DNA of 64,000 nt from Octopus vulgaris (lineage: Eukaryota): the NCBI GenBank assembly GCA_951406725.2, contig OX597841.1:12338001-12402000 (forward strand), given 5' to 3'. The position numbers and the translations under genes were made by a program. Within the stretch, counting starts at the first letter, position 1. Every line of letters begins with the position of its first letter. This document shows positions 1-12,947 of this stretch, piece after piece. Below the pieces are notes generated by a model, which had not been told where the DNA came from, did no database searches, and saw nothing but the letters and a program-made list of their open reading frames with translations.

Positions 1-680
1 CTAAGAGATATATTAAAATGATTGTTTTGTCATAGTGAGTTAATGACGTTGTTAGACATGTCTTAAAGAGATTGTTTCGTCATAGTGAATTAATAAGGTC
101 ATAAGAGACGTGTTAAAGAGACTGTGATGTGATAGAGAGTGGGGGTCATAAGAAATGTCTTAAAGACACTGTAATGTCAAAGTGAGTTAATGATGTCATA
201 AGAAACATCTTAAAGGGATTGTGAGGTCATAGTGACTTTATTGCTTCGTGATTGTAAGGCCATTGTGAGTTAATGACGTCATAAAAGACGTTTAAAGTGA
301 TTTTGAGATCATAGTGAGTAAACAACGTCGTAATAAGAGACGTATTAAAATGATTGTTTAGTCATAGTGAGTTAATGACATCGTCAGACACGTCATCTTA
401 AAGAAACTGTTTCGTCTTAGTGAGTTAATGATGCCGTAAGAGATGTGTCAAAGAGATTGTGAGGTCATAGTGAGTGAAGTCATGATTAGTTAATGATAGT
501 CATATCATAAAGCGATTGTGAGATCATGTTGAGTAAATGACGTCTACAAAGAGATTGTTTCATCAAAGTGAGTTAATGATGTAAGAAATGCATTGAAGTG
601 ATTTTGAGGTCATAGTGACTTAATGGCATTGTAAGAGACATCTTAATGAATTAGTGATGTCATAGTGAGTTAATGGTGTT
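1..680. repeat. Degenerate ~50-bp minisatellite (~13 units), runs off the left edge
   Basis: GTCATAGTGAGTTAATGA-like core recurs near 30, 79, 176, 226, 308, 361, 414, 464, 609 and 659. Confidence 0.85.
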
Positions 681-1063
681 TGAATAAGGTGTCTCAGGGA
701 TATCCCTATGATTGTTTGTCATTAAACCCTTGTACCTCAAAATAACAGGTCCACAGTCAACCTCTGTTGTTTTGTACCTTCATCTAATCCATTGAGACAA
801 CCTAAGTACAAACCCTTCCACTTTTAATTAATACCTTAACATCTCAACTTGTGGCAACCTTTTGCAGAGGTCCCTATGGCTGTCCCCTTAGCACCCCTTT
901 CACTCAACCTCAAGAGGACTTTATGGGAGCTGTGCCCCTTTGACATCCTTTCTTGCATCCCATGATCAACATCTTATGGAGCTGCAGTCCACTCTGACTG
1001 ACTCAGTTCCCCTGTGACCCCTCAAAAGCTCCCACAGTGATGACCCCAACAAAAGCGTGTTAC

Positions 1064-1167
1064 CAAAGGCTGAGTTATCCAACCAATTTCTTGAGACTCG
1101 GTCTGCGGATACTCGTATTTCTTCACAGGTTCCAGATTGGCCCGTTTGATGACCGTCTTGAAGTGAG
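1064..1167 (-). CDS. CFAP144: CFAP144/FAM183-family gene, coding exon 3 (gene continues left of window)
   Basis: Minus strand tcctctttttcag|...|gtaaca; phase-1 entry gives (S)HFKTVIKRANLEPVKKYEYPQTESQEIGWITQPL, matching the FAM183 P-x-KKY-x3-QTE-x-QEIGW motif. Confidence 0.9.
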
Positions 1168-1686
1168 CTGAAAAAGAGGACGCAACAGAAAGGGGTCAGT
1201 TTTATGTTTAGTGGGGAGAGACACAATTCTAAGGGGCAGAAGAAGGGTGAGGGGTAAACAGTGTGACGGCTGAAGTATGAATGTCACAAATTCACACATT
1301 GATATTTACATACCAAATATATGACTGATCGAATGAGGGAGATACCTTTATGGTAGCTATGTATGGTAGAAATAGCAGCCAAATATCCCTCACATCACAC
1401 CCTACTGTCTTATGTATTTATATATATATATATGTATGGGCCAATGAAGGACACCTCTACATTGTAGCTATACCTGGTAGAAATAGCAGCCAAATCTCTC
1501 TCAAATTACATCTATTATCTTAAAATAATACATAATGCTTAACAGGATTCTGGAAACAGATGTGATGGTCGTGGCTGGAACATCTTTGATTATAGGTCTG
1601 ACCTGGGGGTCAAACAACAACATCCCCACACCCAACAGCAACACAACTAGGCTATCATACTACATAACAACACTACTACTACTATC

Positions 1687-1761
1687 TCCACCACCACCAC
1701 CGCCGCCGCCGCCACCATCACCACCACCACCACCACCACCACCACCACCACCACCACCACC

Positions 1762-1806
<45 letters not shown>
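1687..1806 (+). repeat. Compound (CCA)n/(CAA)n microsatellite
   Basis: Directly visible; explains the polyP/polyQ and polyV ORFs. Confidence 0.95.
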
Positions 1807-1929
1807 GTTGAAAGGATCTGCTGGAATGTTAAGTGCTTAAATACTTCCTGTTTACACAAGACTACCGCCTCCCCCCCCCACTGCTATAGGTTTTCTACTG
1901 AAAAATTGTCATAAGGAGGGGAGGGACTG

Positions 1930-2110
1930 TTAAAGTGTATCTAGGAGTACATTATCTAATGTGTCCTTCTTGTTGTTGCTGTTGTTTAGCCCCAGGTCAG
2001 CTCTGATCCAACAGACCTGTGATTGAACATGTTTTCAGCCATGGCCAGCTCAGCTTTCATTCAGACATTGTCTATCTAGGATTACATTATCCAATGTGAC
2101 CTTCCTTGTT
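1930..2110. repeat. Unclassified dispersed repeat (GTATCTAGGACTACATTATCTAATGTG...GTTTAGCCCCAGGTCAG...TCCAGCCATGACC)
   Basis: Related copies, some inverted or tandem, near 1540-1620, 3110-3180, 11460, 29060-29250, 30940, 39340-39450, 52730-53020 and 60590. Confidence 0.7.
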
Positions 2111-2659
2111 TTTTTGTTGTTTCTGCAACTACAACAACAACATCACTTCCTGTTGTTTCATGAAATATTCCCAAAAACCTCCCCCCCCCACCACCACCAT
2201 CCCTGTCCCTATTCCCCCTCCACGCACAGAACCCCAGCTCCTTGTTAATGAGGGAACTTCTACACAGTTCCTTGCCATGCTAGACATCCCAGTTAAATCT
2301 CCTTCGAATCACATTAAGACAGTCTCAGAATAAAAGAAAAGCAGCTTATACATTATACATGTTCAGGGCGTTTGGGATAAACTGGATGACTTTTTTTTTT
2401 TGTCTCCTTTTTCTCAGGAACACCTTGATGTATCGGTGAACAGTCAACAGCGTTGGAGAGCATAAAGATTAACCCTTTAGCATTCCGATTATTCCGTCAA
2501 ATGTAATCCTTATTTATTCACGTTGTTGGATCATTTCATAACTTTGACTTCTTCTTGAGGTGATTGTCTATTTTTAGAATGACATTGTAGGATAAGTGTG
2601 AGGGGCTGGATCTGGCCAGTTTGATCTTAAAATAGGCCGAATATATTGGCTGGTTTAAC

Positions 2660-2980
2660 GCTTTGTGCCGGTGGCACGTAAAAAGCAGCATTTGAACATG
2701 GCCGATGCCAGTGCCGCCCTGACTGGCTTCTGTGCCAGTGGCATGTAAAAAGCACCAATCAATCATGGCCGTTGCCAGCCTCCCCTGGCACCTGTGAAGG
2801 TGGCACGTAAAAAGGACCCACTACACTCTCGGAGTGGTTGGCGTTAGGAAGGGCATTCAGCTGTAGAAACACTGCCAGATCAGACTGGAGCCTGGTGCAG
2901 CCTCCTGGCTTCCCAGACCCCAGTTGAACCGTCCAACCCATGCCAGCATGGAGAACGGCCATTAAACGATGATGATGATG
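2660..2980 (+). mobile_element. RTE-LINE 3' end / RTE-tailed short repeat
   Basis: GGCACGTAAAAAG...GGAGTGGTTGGCGTTAGGAAGGGCAT...AAACGATGATGATG, same as the 3' UTR of the RTE at 7511-8478; further copies near 10400, 13790, 14740, 17580, 19695, 33410 (+) and 24145, 31980, 46160, 50465 (-). Confidence 0.8.
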
Positions 2981-2986
2981 ATATAT

Positions 2987-3040
<54 letters not shown>

Positions 3041-3620
3041 CAAGGAAAAAGGACACAGTAGTTAACAATAGTACTTAGTTACTGTAATACATTATGAGCA
3101 AATAAAAGCTGAGGTGGTCATGGCTGGCACATCTTTGATTATAGTTCTGTTGGATCAGTCTGACTTGGGGCTAAACAAGAACTACTACTACACACTTCCA
3201 ATCCGCCGCCCCCCCCCAAATGAGAGGATTGTTTGTAGTGAACAGTGATGGGAGGCAAAGGATTGGTGAATGGATACCCCCTCCCCCTCCCCATCTCCCC
3301 TCCCCCATCCCCCCACCATCACCAGTGCCGCCACACTCAATTGGCCCCGACCACTCACGACTTTGTTTGTAGAGATCTATGTAGACCACCCATGTGGACA
3401 CACACACACACACACAGATATGTACATATATATGTGTGCGTGTGTATATACATATATATATATATGTATACACACACACTCTTATACAGTTTATAATAAA
3501 AGCAGTACAAAAATATATACACATGTTTGTGTATAAATCTATATCTCTGAGTGCATAAATGTGTGTGTGTGTATATATATTATATTATGTTATATTATAT
3601 ACATATATACGTATGTATAA

Positions 3621-3703
<83 letters not shown>

Positions 3704-3970
3704 AATATATATATATATTTATACATATGTATCATCATCAACATTTAGCGTCTGCTTTCCATGCTAGCATGGACATATATATACATACATACATACATAC
3801 ACACGCATATGTGCACATAAAATTACATGTAAATATAGATGAACACATAGACATACACAAACATAAGTTTATATATATAATAATAATAATATTAGGGAGT
3901 AATATATATTGAGTTGCCTAATAGTGGTTTTATCTCCAATTATATATATATATGTATATATGTATATATA

Positions 3971-4340
3971 CTCTTTTACTCTTTTACTTGTTTCAGTCAT
4001 GCTGACCCTGGGACTTATTCTTTGTAAGCCCAGTACTTAATCTATCGGTCTCTTTTGCCAAACCGCTAAGTGACGGGGATGTAAACACACCAGCATCAGT
4101 TGTCAAGCAATGCTAGGGGGACAAACACAGACACACAAACATATACACACACACACATATATATATATACATATATACGACAGGCTTCTTTCAGTTTCCG
4201 TCTACCAAATCCACTCACAAGGCATTGGTCGGCCCGGGGCTATAGCAGAAGACACTTGCCCAAGATGCCACGCAGTGGGACTGAACCCGGAACCATGTGG
4301 TTGGTTAGCAAGCTACTTACCACACAGCCATTCCTGCGCC
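3971..4340 (-). mobile_element. tRNA-derived SINE family A
   Basis: Minus strand: TGGCTGTGTGGTAAG (A-box-like), GGTTCAGTCCC (B-box-like), central microsatellite, AAGAGTAAAAGAG tail; about ten copies in the window. Confidence 0.85.
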
Positions 4341-4639
4341 TATATATATATATATATATTATATATACATATATATATATATGAATGTGTGTGTGTATAT
4401 ATGTGTGTGTGTGTCTGATGTAAAGTTTGTGTTTAGTGGAAGATGGTGATTGGGGTGGGGGTGAAGTAAAGAGACATTGAAAATGATGGTCTACAGCACA
4501 ATCTTACGGAGACTGAAAGAAGCCCATTGGATGTGTGCATATATATACATAGATACATAAAAATGTGACAACAGATGCAGACTTTGCCGAGTGAACCCAA
4601 ATCATAAGCAGTTGTCCGAAAATGTTGTCACGGTATTAT

Positions 4640-5035
4640 CTAAGGATGAGACATGATGCTGTAGCTGGGACACTCTGGAATGAAATCCGTTGGAAGGATA
4701 AAGAAAGGAGACCCTCTTCGGTCATGACTGACCATGGGATTGAACCTAGAAAGTTACCCTCTGAGGCATGAGTCTAAGCAAGGTTGTTTATGGAAGACCA
4801 GCAATCAGCCATGCATACCGGCCTCCCCTCTCCACACCACCGATATTATCCAAGGGAAAGGCAAAAGGGCCCTTACAGCTTGGCACCCATGATGTCACAA
4901 CTCATTTCTACAGCTGAGTGAACTGGAGCAATGTGAAATAAAGTGTCTTGCTCAAGAATACAACACGCAGCCCGGTCAGGGATTCGAGCTCACAACCTCA
5001 CGATTATAAGGTCGACGCTCTAACTACTGAGCCAT
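4640..5035 (-). mobile_element. tRNA-derived SINE family C
   Basis: Minus-strand head GGCTCAGTAGTTAGAGCG...GAGCTCGAATCCC, then TTGAGCAAGACACTTTATTTCAC..TTGCTCCAG core shared with 38095-38235 and 48205-48500. Confidence 0.75.
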
Positions 5036-5039
5036 AATA

Positions 5040-5560
5040 AGAACCCACAATACGGTAGAAGCCATAGCCACTCATAATAAAAAGGAATACTGGTGGAATG
5101 TCCCAGTGAAGACCTCAATAAAATGTAAGCACAAAAGACCTGATATAATGATTTGGGATAGAGAAGAGAAACTGTGCACAGTTGTGGAAATTAGCTGCCC
5201 AGCGGATGTTAACATAAAGCTGAAGATCAGTGAAAAAGAGAACACCTATGCTGAACTATTGAGAGTTCTGCCGTTACTCTATCCAGGTTACAAGTTCAGG
5301 TTTATTATACCTGTAATTAGTGGGGCCCTGGGATATGTAACACACTGCACAAATACATATCTTGAGAAATTAGGCTTCTCAAAACCAGAAAGGAGAAAAC
5401 TAATTCGAAGACTACAGATCCAAAGCAACACTGGAACTGTAAAAATCTGTAAAACTTTCCAGAAGTTTATCATTTAAGTATATCTGAGCTTGTCTAGATA
5501 TGTAGCTATATGCATGAGAAGACATACATAAAACAAAACATACAAAACATACAAAGTTCT
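5040..5560 (+). mobile_element. R4/Dong-like non-LTR retrotransposon 3' fragment (restriction-like endonuclease)
   Basis: ORF 5106-5477 with RPDIMIWD...VVEISCP...KENTY...IPVISGALG, a PD-(D/E)xK-type REL signature. Confidence 0.8.
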
Positions 5561-5788
5561 GGTGCCCTAAATTTCAGGAACAAGGATTACATAAGCAATT
5601 TATTCGGTAACAGACGAAATCGGAATACGATTAATTCTTGATTTTTATCTAATTTTCATCTGTCTTGCCCACCTATGTTCAGGTGTTCGCTGATCTTTCT
5701 CTGGAGAACATTCTTTTCTTTGTAGTTAGATCATATGTGATCTTCTTCTAGCATATGGTTATCCACCTAGTGGTTTTTAGCCCTAAAT

Positions 5789-5842
<54 letters not shown>

Positions 5843-5931
5843 TTATGTATGTATTTATGTATGTATGTATATATGTGCATGTATACACAAACATATCTAT
5901 GTTTGTCTGTCTATCAATCTCTCTCTCTCTC

Positions 5932-5981
<50 letters not shown>

Positions 5982-5991
5982 ATACATACAT

Positions 5992-6031
<40 letters not shown>

Positions 6032-6089
6032 CCATATATGTATACAATTGTGTGTATGGGTTTATACATGCTCATATGCATATATATGG

Positions 6090-6704
6090 AAGTGCGTTGG
6101 TCAAAGCATATCTCTAAGATTGTCAGGAAGGCCGAGGGTGTCTTGGCATCACTCAGCAGGTCTTTTGTTAGCCGCTCTCCAGCCATCTATTTAAAACTGT
6201 ATACAGCTATGGTACGACCACACTTGGAATTCGCATCATCAGTTTGGAACCCCTATCTTGCACAGAACATTGACCTCCTGGAATCTGTCCAGAGACGTGC
6301 AACCAAACGCATACCCTCCATCAGACACCTACCATATTCTGAGCGCCTTGTTTCCCTGGGCATGGATTCACTGAAGCTCCGGCGTTTGGCGACAGACTTG
6401 GTAAACACCCACAAAGTTATCAACCACCTCACCAACAACAACACTGAACACCTTTTTGATCTCCATGTGTCTAACACACGTGGACATGCCTACAAAGTCA
6501 GAAAACAATACTGCTCCCATGACTTTCGGAAACATTTTTTCACGCTCAGAGTTGCTGAAGCATGGAATAAACTGCCTGCGTCAGTTGTTGACTGCCATGA
6601 CACTGCATCTTTTAAGGCCCTCATGCTTTCCGAAATCCGCCGAAACTACACCTGATTATATATACACTTTAGATGAGTTGTAGTGCACCTGAGCACTGTA
6701 CACA

Positions 6705-6730
<26 letters not shown>
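6090..6730 (+). mobile_element. CR1/L2-like LINE 3' fragment
   Basis: KLYTAMVRPHLEFASSVWNPY..LESVQRRATK..TRGH..WNKLP, stop ending at 6655, (ATT)n tail; near-identical to 18695-19520. Confidence 0.9.
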
Positions 6731-6738
<8 letters not shown>

Positions 6739-6931
6739 ATTACAAATAAGAAAATGGAGAAACACGTTAGTTGGTTCATCAGCTTTAGGATATTAGAATG
6801 ATGTCTTATTTAATTAACAAAACTACAACCATAATAACATACATATATGCAGTATATATATATGCATATATATATACAAACATAACTATGTCTATCTTTC
6901 TCTCTCTCCCTCTCTCTATATATATACTCAT

Positions 6932-6974
<43 letters not shown>

Positions 6975-7360
6975 AACATATGCATGAAATGGTATGTGTC
7001 TATATAGATATACATAAATATACACACACATAGTTAGAAATAGATAAAGGGAAAGAAACTGGGTCTATCTGCTGGCAAATGTATACACACATACATACAT
7101 ATATATATGCAAACACACACACACATGGGTAGATAAAAGAAGACAGAGATTGTCTATTTGATGTCAGACTCGTGAGAAATTAGTTTATAGGAAATGGCTA
7201 AACTATCTTTATTCTATAGACCCGTGTGTGTGTGTTGTGTGTCTCTCTATATATATATATACATCTACACATATACATGTATACATCTATATCTATAGAA
7301 ATACATGTATACATATACAGCTATATACATACATGTATATATATATATATATACATGTGT

Positions 7361-7414
<54 letters not shown>

Positions 7415-7510
7415 ATATATATACATGTAAATTTAAATTTAAAACAATAAGGGTGAAAAATTGAATATTAATTTGATTAATATCAATTTAAAACCAGTGG
7501 TGTAGCATAT

Positions 7511-8478
7511 TGAAAAGTCTGAGACTGTATGACGCATGTGTACGAACAGCCATGCTACATGGCAGTGAAACATGGGCTGTGACTGCTGAGGATATGCGTA
7601 AGCTCGCAAGAAATGAAGCCAGTATGCTCCAATGGATGTGTAATGTCAGTGTTCATACTCGACAGAGTGTAAGTACCTTGAGAGAAAAGTTGAACCTAAG
7701 AAGCATCAGTTGTGGTGTGCAAGAGAGACTTTTGCGCTGGTATGGTCATGTGGCGAGAATGGATGTAGATAGTTGTGTGAAAAAGTGCCACACCCTAGCG
7801 GTTGAGGGAACCTGTGGAAGAGGCAGACCCAGGAAAACCTGGGACGAGGTGGTGAAGCACGACCTTCAAACTTTAGGTCTCACCGAGGAAATGACCAGAG
7901 ACCGAGACCTCTGGAAGTATGCTGTGCGTGGGAAGACCCGGCAGGACAAGTGAGACCATAACCATGGCCTCTACCTGGGATGTAGCCAGTCCACTTATGC
8001 ATACCTTTCTTTCTTGGGACACAAAACTCTACTTTTGAAGACCTGTTGAGGCAAGTGAAAATCAAAATCGATCAACATCAATGGAAATTATAGCTGTGAT
8101 ACCAGTGCCGGTGGCACATAAGAGAACAATCTGAATGTAGCCGTTGCCAGCACTGCCCTGACTGGCCTCCATGCCGGTGGCATGTAAAAAGCACCATCTG
8201 ATTGTGACCGTTGCCAGCCTTGTCTGGCCGCCGTGCCGGTAGCACATAAAAAGCACCAACGATCGTGGCCGTTTGCCAGCCTCATCTGGCACTTGTGCAG
8301 GTGGCACGTAAAAAGCACCCACTACACCCTTGGAGTGGTTGGTGTTAGGAAGGGCATCCAGCTGTAGAAACACTGCCAGATCAGACCGGGCCTGGAGCAG
8401 CCTTCTGGCTTCCCAGATCCCAGTTGAACCATCCAACCCATGCTAGCATGGAAAACGGACGTTAAACGATGATGATGA
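7511..8478 (+). mobile_element. RTE-clade LINE 3' end with 3' UTR and (GAT)n tail
   Basis: ORF 7510-7953 MLHGSETW..LRWYGHVARM..GRGRPRKTW; tandem-unit 3' UTR; ends AAACGATGATGATG. Confidence 0.9.
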
Positions 8479-8619
8479 CATATAAGAGGGATGACCTGTA
8501 AGAGGACATCCATTATGCTAGAAGAAGATCCACTATGGTCTCACCATTCCTTTGTTAGTGGTAAGACTATAGCAGATCTTCTTCTAGCAAAATGGATGAC
8601 CACTTGTTAATGATTCATC

Positions 8620-8897
8620 CCTGTTATATAATACTTTCACTTTAATAGTTTCAGTATTAAAGTGAAAGTGTCTGCATTACAAAAGAGAAATGTTTTTGTT
8701 TCACTTTTAGCACGTAATACTGAAATAGTGGAGAAGATATGATATTGCTGTGGGGTCGCCCTAGGGAAAAAGTTAAGATTTATTTGATGACACTCCCCAG
8801 ACCTTAAGTAAGGCATGTGTAAAATTTGAATGAAATTGGTTGAGTAGTTCTCAAGTTTTAGGGATTCACACAGACAGACAGACACACATTCTCAGTT

Positions 8898-8910
<13 letters not shown>
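8620..8910 (-). mobile_element. Non-autonomous Helitron-like 5' fragment
   Basis: Minus strand TATATATAAAACTGAGAATGTGTGTCTGTCTG...ACTACTCAACCAATTTCATTCAAATTTTACAC resembles non-autonomous Helitron 5' ends. Confidence 0.55.
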
Positions 8911-8930
<20 letters not shown>

Positions 8931-9287
8931 TATATACATATATATACATATATATATATATTATATTATATAATATTATATTATATATATATATATAAAT
9001 GAGAAATAGCTGTTTTTGCTATGAGCTACAGTAGACTGATAGCTTCATCAGAGCCTTGCCTATGAAGTGCAGTTTATTTGGGGAAGGGAATCCATTTGTG
9101 CCTCTAAAGGGAACAGCTTCAACAATGAGAGTCAATACAGACACACATAACAATAATAACAAGAATAACATGAGGATAGAAATCGAGAGACTGTCTTAAT
9201 GCATCACAACATTAATAAACCCCCTGAATCGAGAGTCTTAATGCATCACAACATTAATAAACCCCCTGAATTTCCATCTCCATCTTA

Positions 9288-9455
9288 TTATTACCTCTGC
9301 CTTTGTGAAGGCTGAGGTATTGTTTTCAGTTGTGTTTGTTTGTTATCTGGATTCGGATGAAACTTTCAGGGATGTTTGGCCCCATAAATGGCATAAACTG
9401 TTCAAATTTTGGGATCGATCCAGTACCAGACAGGGATTCTGGATTATCTTTTTTA
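9288..9455 (+). mobile_element. Helentron-associated (HINE/DINE-like) element fragment
   Basis: TTATTACCTCTGCCTT..AAGGCTGAGGTATTGTTTTC terminal hairpin plus (GTTT)n; inverted relative at ~50310-50458. Confidence 0.55.
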
Positions 9456-9492
9456 ATATTTTCTTTATTCTTTTCTTTCTTTTTTCTTCCTT

Positions 9493-9876
9493 TTTTACTT
9501 GTTTCAGTCATTTGACTGCGGCCATGCTGGAGCACCACCTTTAGTCGAGCAAATCGATCCCGGGACTTATTCTTTGTAAGCCCAGTACTTATTCTATCGG
9601 TCTCTTTTGCCGAACCGCTAAGTGACGGGGACGTAAACACACCAGCATTGGTTGTCAAGCAATGCTAGGGGGACAAACACAGACATACACACACATATAT
9701 ATATACATATATACGACAGGCTTCTTTCAGTTTCTGTCTACCAAATCAACTCACAAGGCTTTGGTCGGCCCAAGGCTATAGTAGAAGACACTTGAACAAG
9801 GTGCCACGCAGTGGGACTGAACCAGGAACCATGTGGTTGGTTAGCAAGCTACTTACCACACAGCCACTCCTGCACC
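9493..9876 (-). mobile_element. SINE family A, near full length
   Basis: Same sequence as 3971-4340, 36669-37086 and 48800-49196. Confidence 0.9.
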
Positions 9877-10119
9877 TTTACATGTATACGTAAAGTTTTG
9901 CGTAGTTCTCTTGTACGTGCACTCACAGACTCACACATTTTCAGCATTAAACATTACCATTCCATATAAAATTTCAGAAAATAAGTTTACAGCTATTTGC
10001 AGAATGGTCAAATTATGGTCAAATGGAAAACCTGAAATATTATCCATTTCATTTAGTGTTTTCAGTGGTCAATGTATAAACAAACTTTGCATTTTATAAG
10101 GATATATACATATATATAT

Positions 10120-10171
<52 letters not shown>

Positions 10172-10362
10172 GTGTGTGTGTGTGTGTGTGTGTGCCTGTT
10201 GAGCACTAATGAAGATGGCTGTAAGAAATAACGGTTACCAATGTTTTAATAATAAATAATTATCATTATCTTAACTCCCCATTTTCTTCCCTCCATTTAA
10301 CTGAATATGAACTGTGTGTATATCTATCTATCTGTCTATCTATCTGTCTGTCTGTCTGTCTA

Positions 10363-10403
<41 letters not shown>

Positions 10404-10585
10404 TGGCAAGTAAAAAGCACCCACTACACTCATGGAGTGGTTGGCGTTAGGAAGGGCATCCAGTTGTAGAAACATTGCCAGATCAGACTGGAGCCTGGTA
10501 CAGCCTTCTGGCTTCCCAGATCCCCGGTCGAACCGTCCAACCCATGCTAGCATGGAGAACGGACGTTAAACGATGATGATGCTGA

Positions 10586-10618
<33 letters not shown>

Positions 10619-10845
10619 TTTGAGGATCAGTTAAAAAGTGAAGACTAGGTTCAGTAAGTGCCTACGCATGAAACTCTGGGGCCTTGAGTAACTCTGCAGC
10701 ACCTACAAATTAATTAAAAAATGTAAGTACACACACACACACACAAAGACACATATACATATGTATACACAACACACACACACACATACACATATGAAAT
10801 AATCCTTACATACATCTACTCTTGCAGCCACTTATGTGCAAATAT

Positions 10846-10918
<73 letters not shown>

Positions 10919-11045
10919 CAAACATACATCCATATGTATTATCTATCTATCAATCAATCTATGTACATATATATATATATATATGTAAATATATATCAGT
11001 GATATGTGTCCATGTGTGTGTATATATATATATACACAAACACAC

Positions 11046-11076
<31 letters not shown>

Positions 11077-11706
11077 CATACCTATATACATACATATATA
11101 TATATATGTACACAAACACACACACACATACATACACACGCACACGTTATCATGATGTACTTCTCCCTACTCCCCATCCCCACCTCGTGTGTGTAAAATC
11201 AATTCCCAGGAGTATCATATGACACCCTGTCTTACCACCCACGCCCACCCCTCTCGAGACACACACATCCCACTGTTTATTGTACGGCCTGCTTAACAGA
11301 CCGGGCCTTTGTGTGGCCAAGCTGGGGTTACACTGCTGCACAGTGTGGCTTGTGGTAGTGCAGGCGGGGGGAGGGGGTTGGTGGCTGCAGCAGCAATTGA
11401 TGACAGCGGTGGTGGGGATGCGGGTGGGGCGTGGAGTTGTTCACCCTCAGGTGTATTCAGACGTGGTGTATCTAGGACTACATTATCTAATGTGTCCTTC
11501 TTTATTTAACATGGTAGGGTGTGACGCCAAGGTCATTTGGGTGCTATTTCTAACAGACTACATGACTAAATAAGGGTTTCAAAATGAGTGAATGTAGATA
11601 CTGGGGGTAAGTGTAAGGTCCCTGTGTTGCTGCGTGGCAACATCCATCCATACATACATACACTCATATAGGTCTGTCTGTCTGTCCATCAATCTTCTCT
11701 CTCTCT

Positions 11707-11770
<64 letters not shown>

Positions 11771-11772
<2 letters not shown>

Positions 11773-12110
11773 CACCTTGGGCAAGTGTCTTCTACTATAG
11801 CCTCGGGCTGACCAAAGCCTTGTGAGTGGATTTGGTAGGCGGAAACTGAAAGAAGCCTGTCGTATATATATATATATATATATATATGTGTGCGTGTATG
11901 TTTGTATGTCTGTGTTTGTCTCCCCAACATCGCTTGACAACCGATGCTGGTGTGTTTATGTCCCCGTCACTAAGCGGTTCGGCAAAAGAGACCGATAGAA
12001 TAAGTACTGGGCTTACAAAGAATAAGTCCTGGGGTCGAGTTGCTCGATTAAAGGCGGTGCTCCAGCATGGCCGCAGTCAAATGACTGAAACAAGTAAAAG
12101 AGTAAAAGAG
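11771..12110 (+). mobile_element. SINE family A, 5'-truncated
   Basis: GCACCTTGGGCAAGTGTCTTCTAC...CAAGTAAAAGAGTAAAAGAG. Confidence 0.9.
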
Positions 12111-12130
12111 TATATATACATCTCTCTCTT

Positions 12131-12166
<36 letters not shown>

Positions 12167-12329
12167 GTATATATATATATGCTGAGATGGTAAGTTAATG
12201 TTCTGCTTGTAGGCCCCTTATATATTATTGTTTGGTTAATATGTCTGACAACTCAGCTGCCTATGTCCTCCACCCCAACACACAAAAAAAAGAGGGGAAA
12301 GCCCCAGTAAAACTGTTGCAGGTACTTAC

Positions 12330-12389
12330 AGTCTTCTATCATGTTTCCTACCTCGCTCTCTCTGTTGGGTTTTCCTGTGATCTCATGGA
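12330..12389 (-). CDS. CFAP144: CFAP144/FAM183-family gene, coding exon 2
   Basis: Minus strand ttctttgctttcag|...|gtaagt, 60 nt, phase 1-1; (I)HEITGKPNRESEVGNMIED, matching FAM183 IH-x-(V/I)T-x-KP; frame joins exons 1 and 3. Confidence 0.88.
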
Positions 12390-12577
12390 CTGAAAGCAAA
12401 GAAATAAGTACAATGTAGAAACGCTCGAAAGAAAAGATGTGTTTTTCTTGAATGCTGGGTTTTTGTGGGAGGCAGAGCAGGGGGCTGTTGCAAGGGTTTT
12501 CCTTGTGGCAGCAGGATTGATGTTGCTAATGCTGTCACATTAACCGCATTGTCAATGATGCAGTTTACTGTATGGCT

Positions 12578-12947
12578 TGAACCAATTCTACTCTATGGCT
12601 CAGAAACCTGGACATTATCAAAGAAGCTTGAGAGGCGGTTGGATGGAACCTACACTCGCCTCCTTATGAGAGCTCAAAATCTCTCGTGGAAGCGCCATCC
12701 AACCAAAATGCAAATATATGGGAAACTACCACCTGTGTCATCTCTTGTGAAAGGTAGGAGAGTCCAGTTTGCTAGATATTGTTGTTGAGCTCAGAGGGCG
12801 CACACTCTCCTACCCTGATGTAATCTCCAGGGATACAGGCATCCAGCAACAGGACCTCCGTAATGCCATGATGGACCGTGAAGTCTGGCGTAGCATGGTA
12901 AATTCCATTGTCTCGACCACGGTCGAACAATGATGATGATGATGATG
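12578..12947 (+). mobile_element. RTE-like LINE 3' fragment (second family) with internal deletion
   Basis: LYGSETWTLSKKLERRLDGTYTRLL; (TGA)n tail; near-identical to 55840-56436 but missing a segment at ~12790. Confidence 0.85.

Noticed and set aside
966-1226. 86-aa minus-strand ORF
   Set aside because: It overlaps the real CFAP144 exon 3 but in a different frame; the translation is meaningless.
1535-1859. PolyP/polyQ ORF resembling huntingtin- or formin-like proteins
   Set aside because: It is a translation of a (CCA)/(CAA) microsatellite, with no convincing splice signals or domain.
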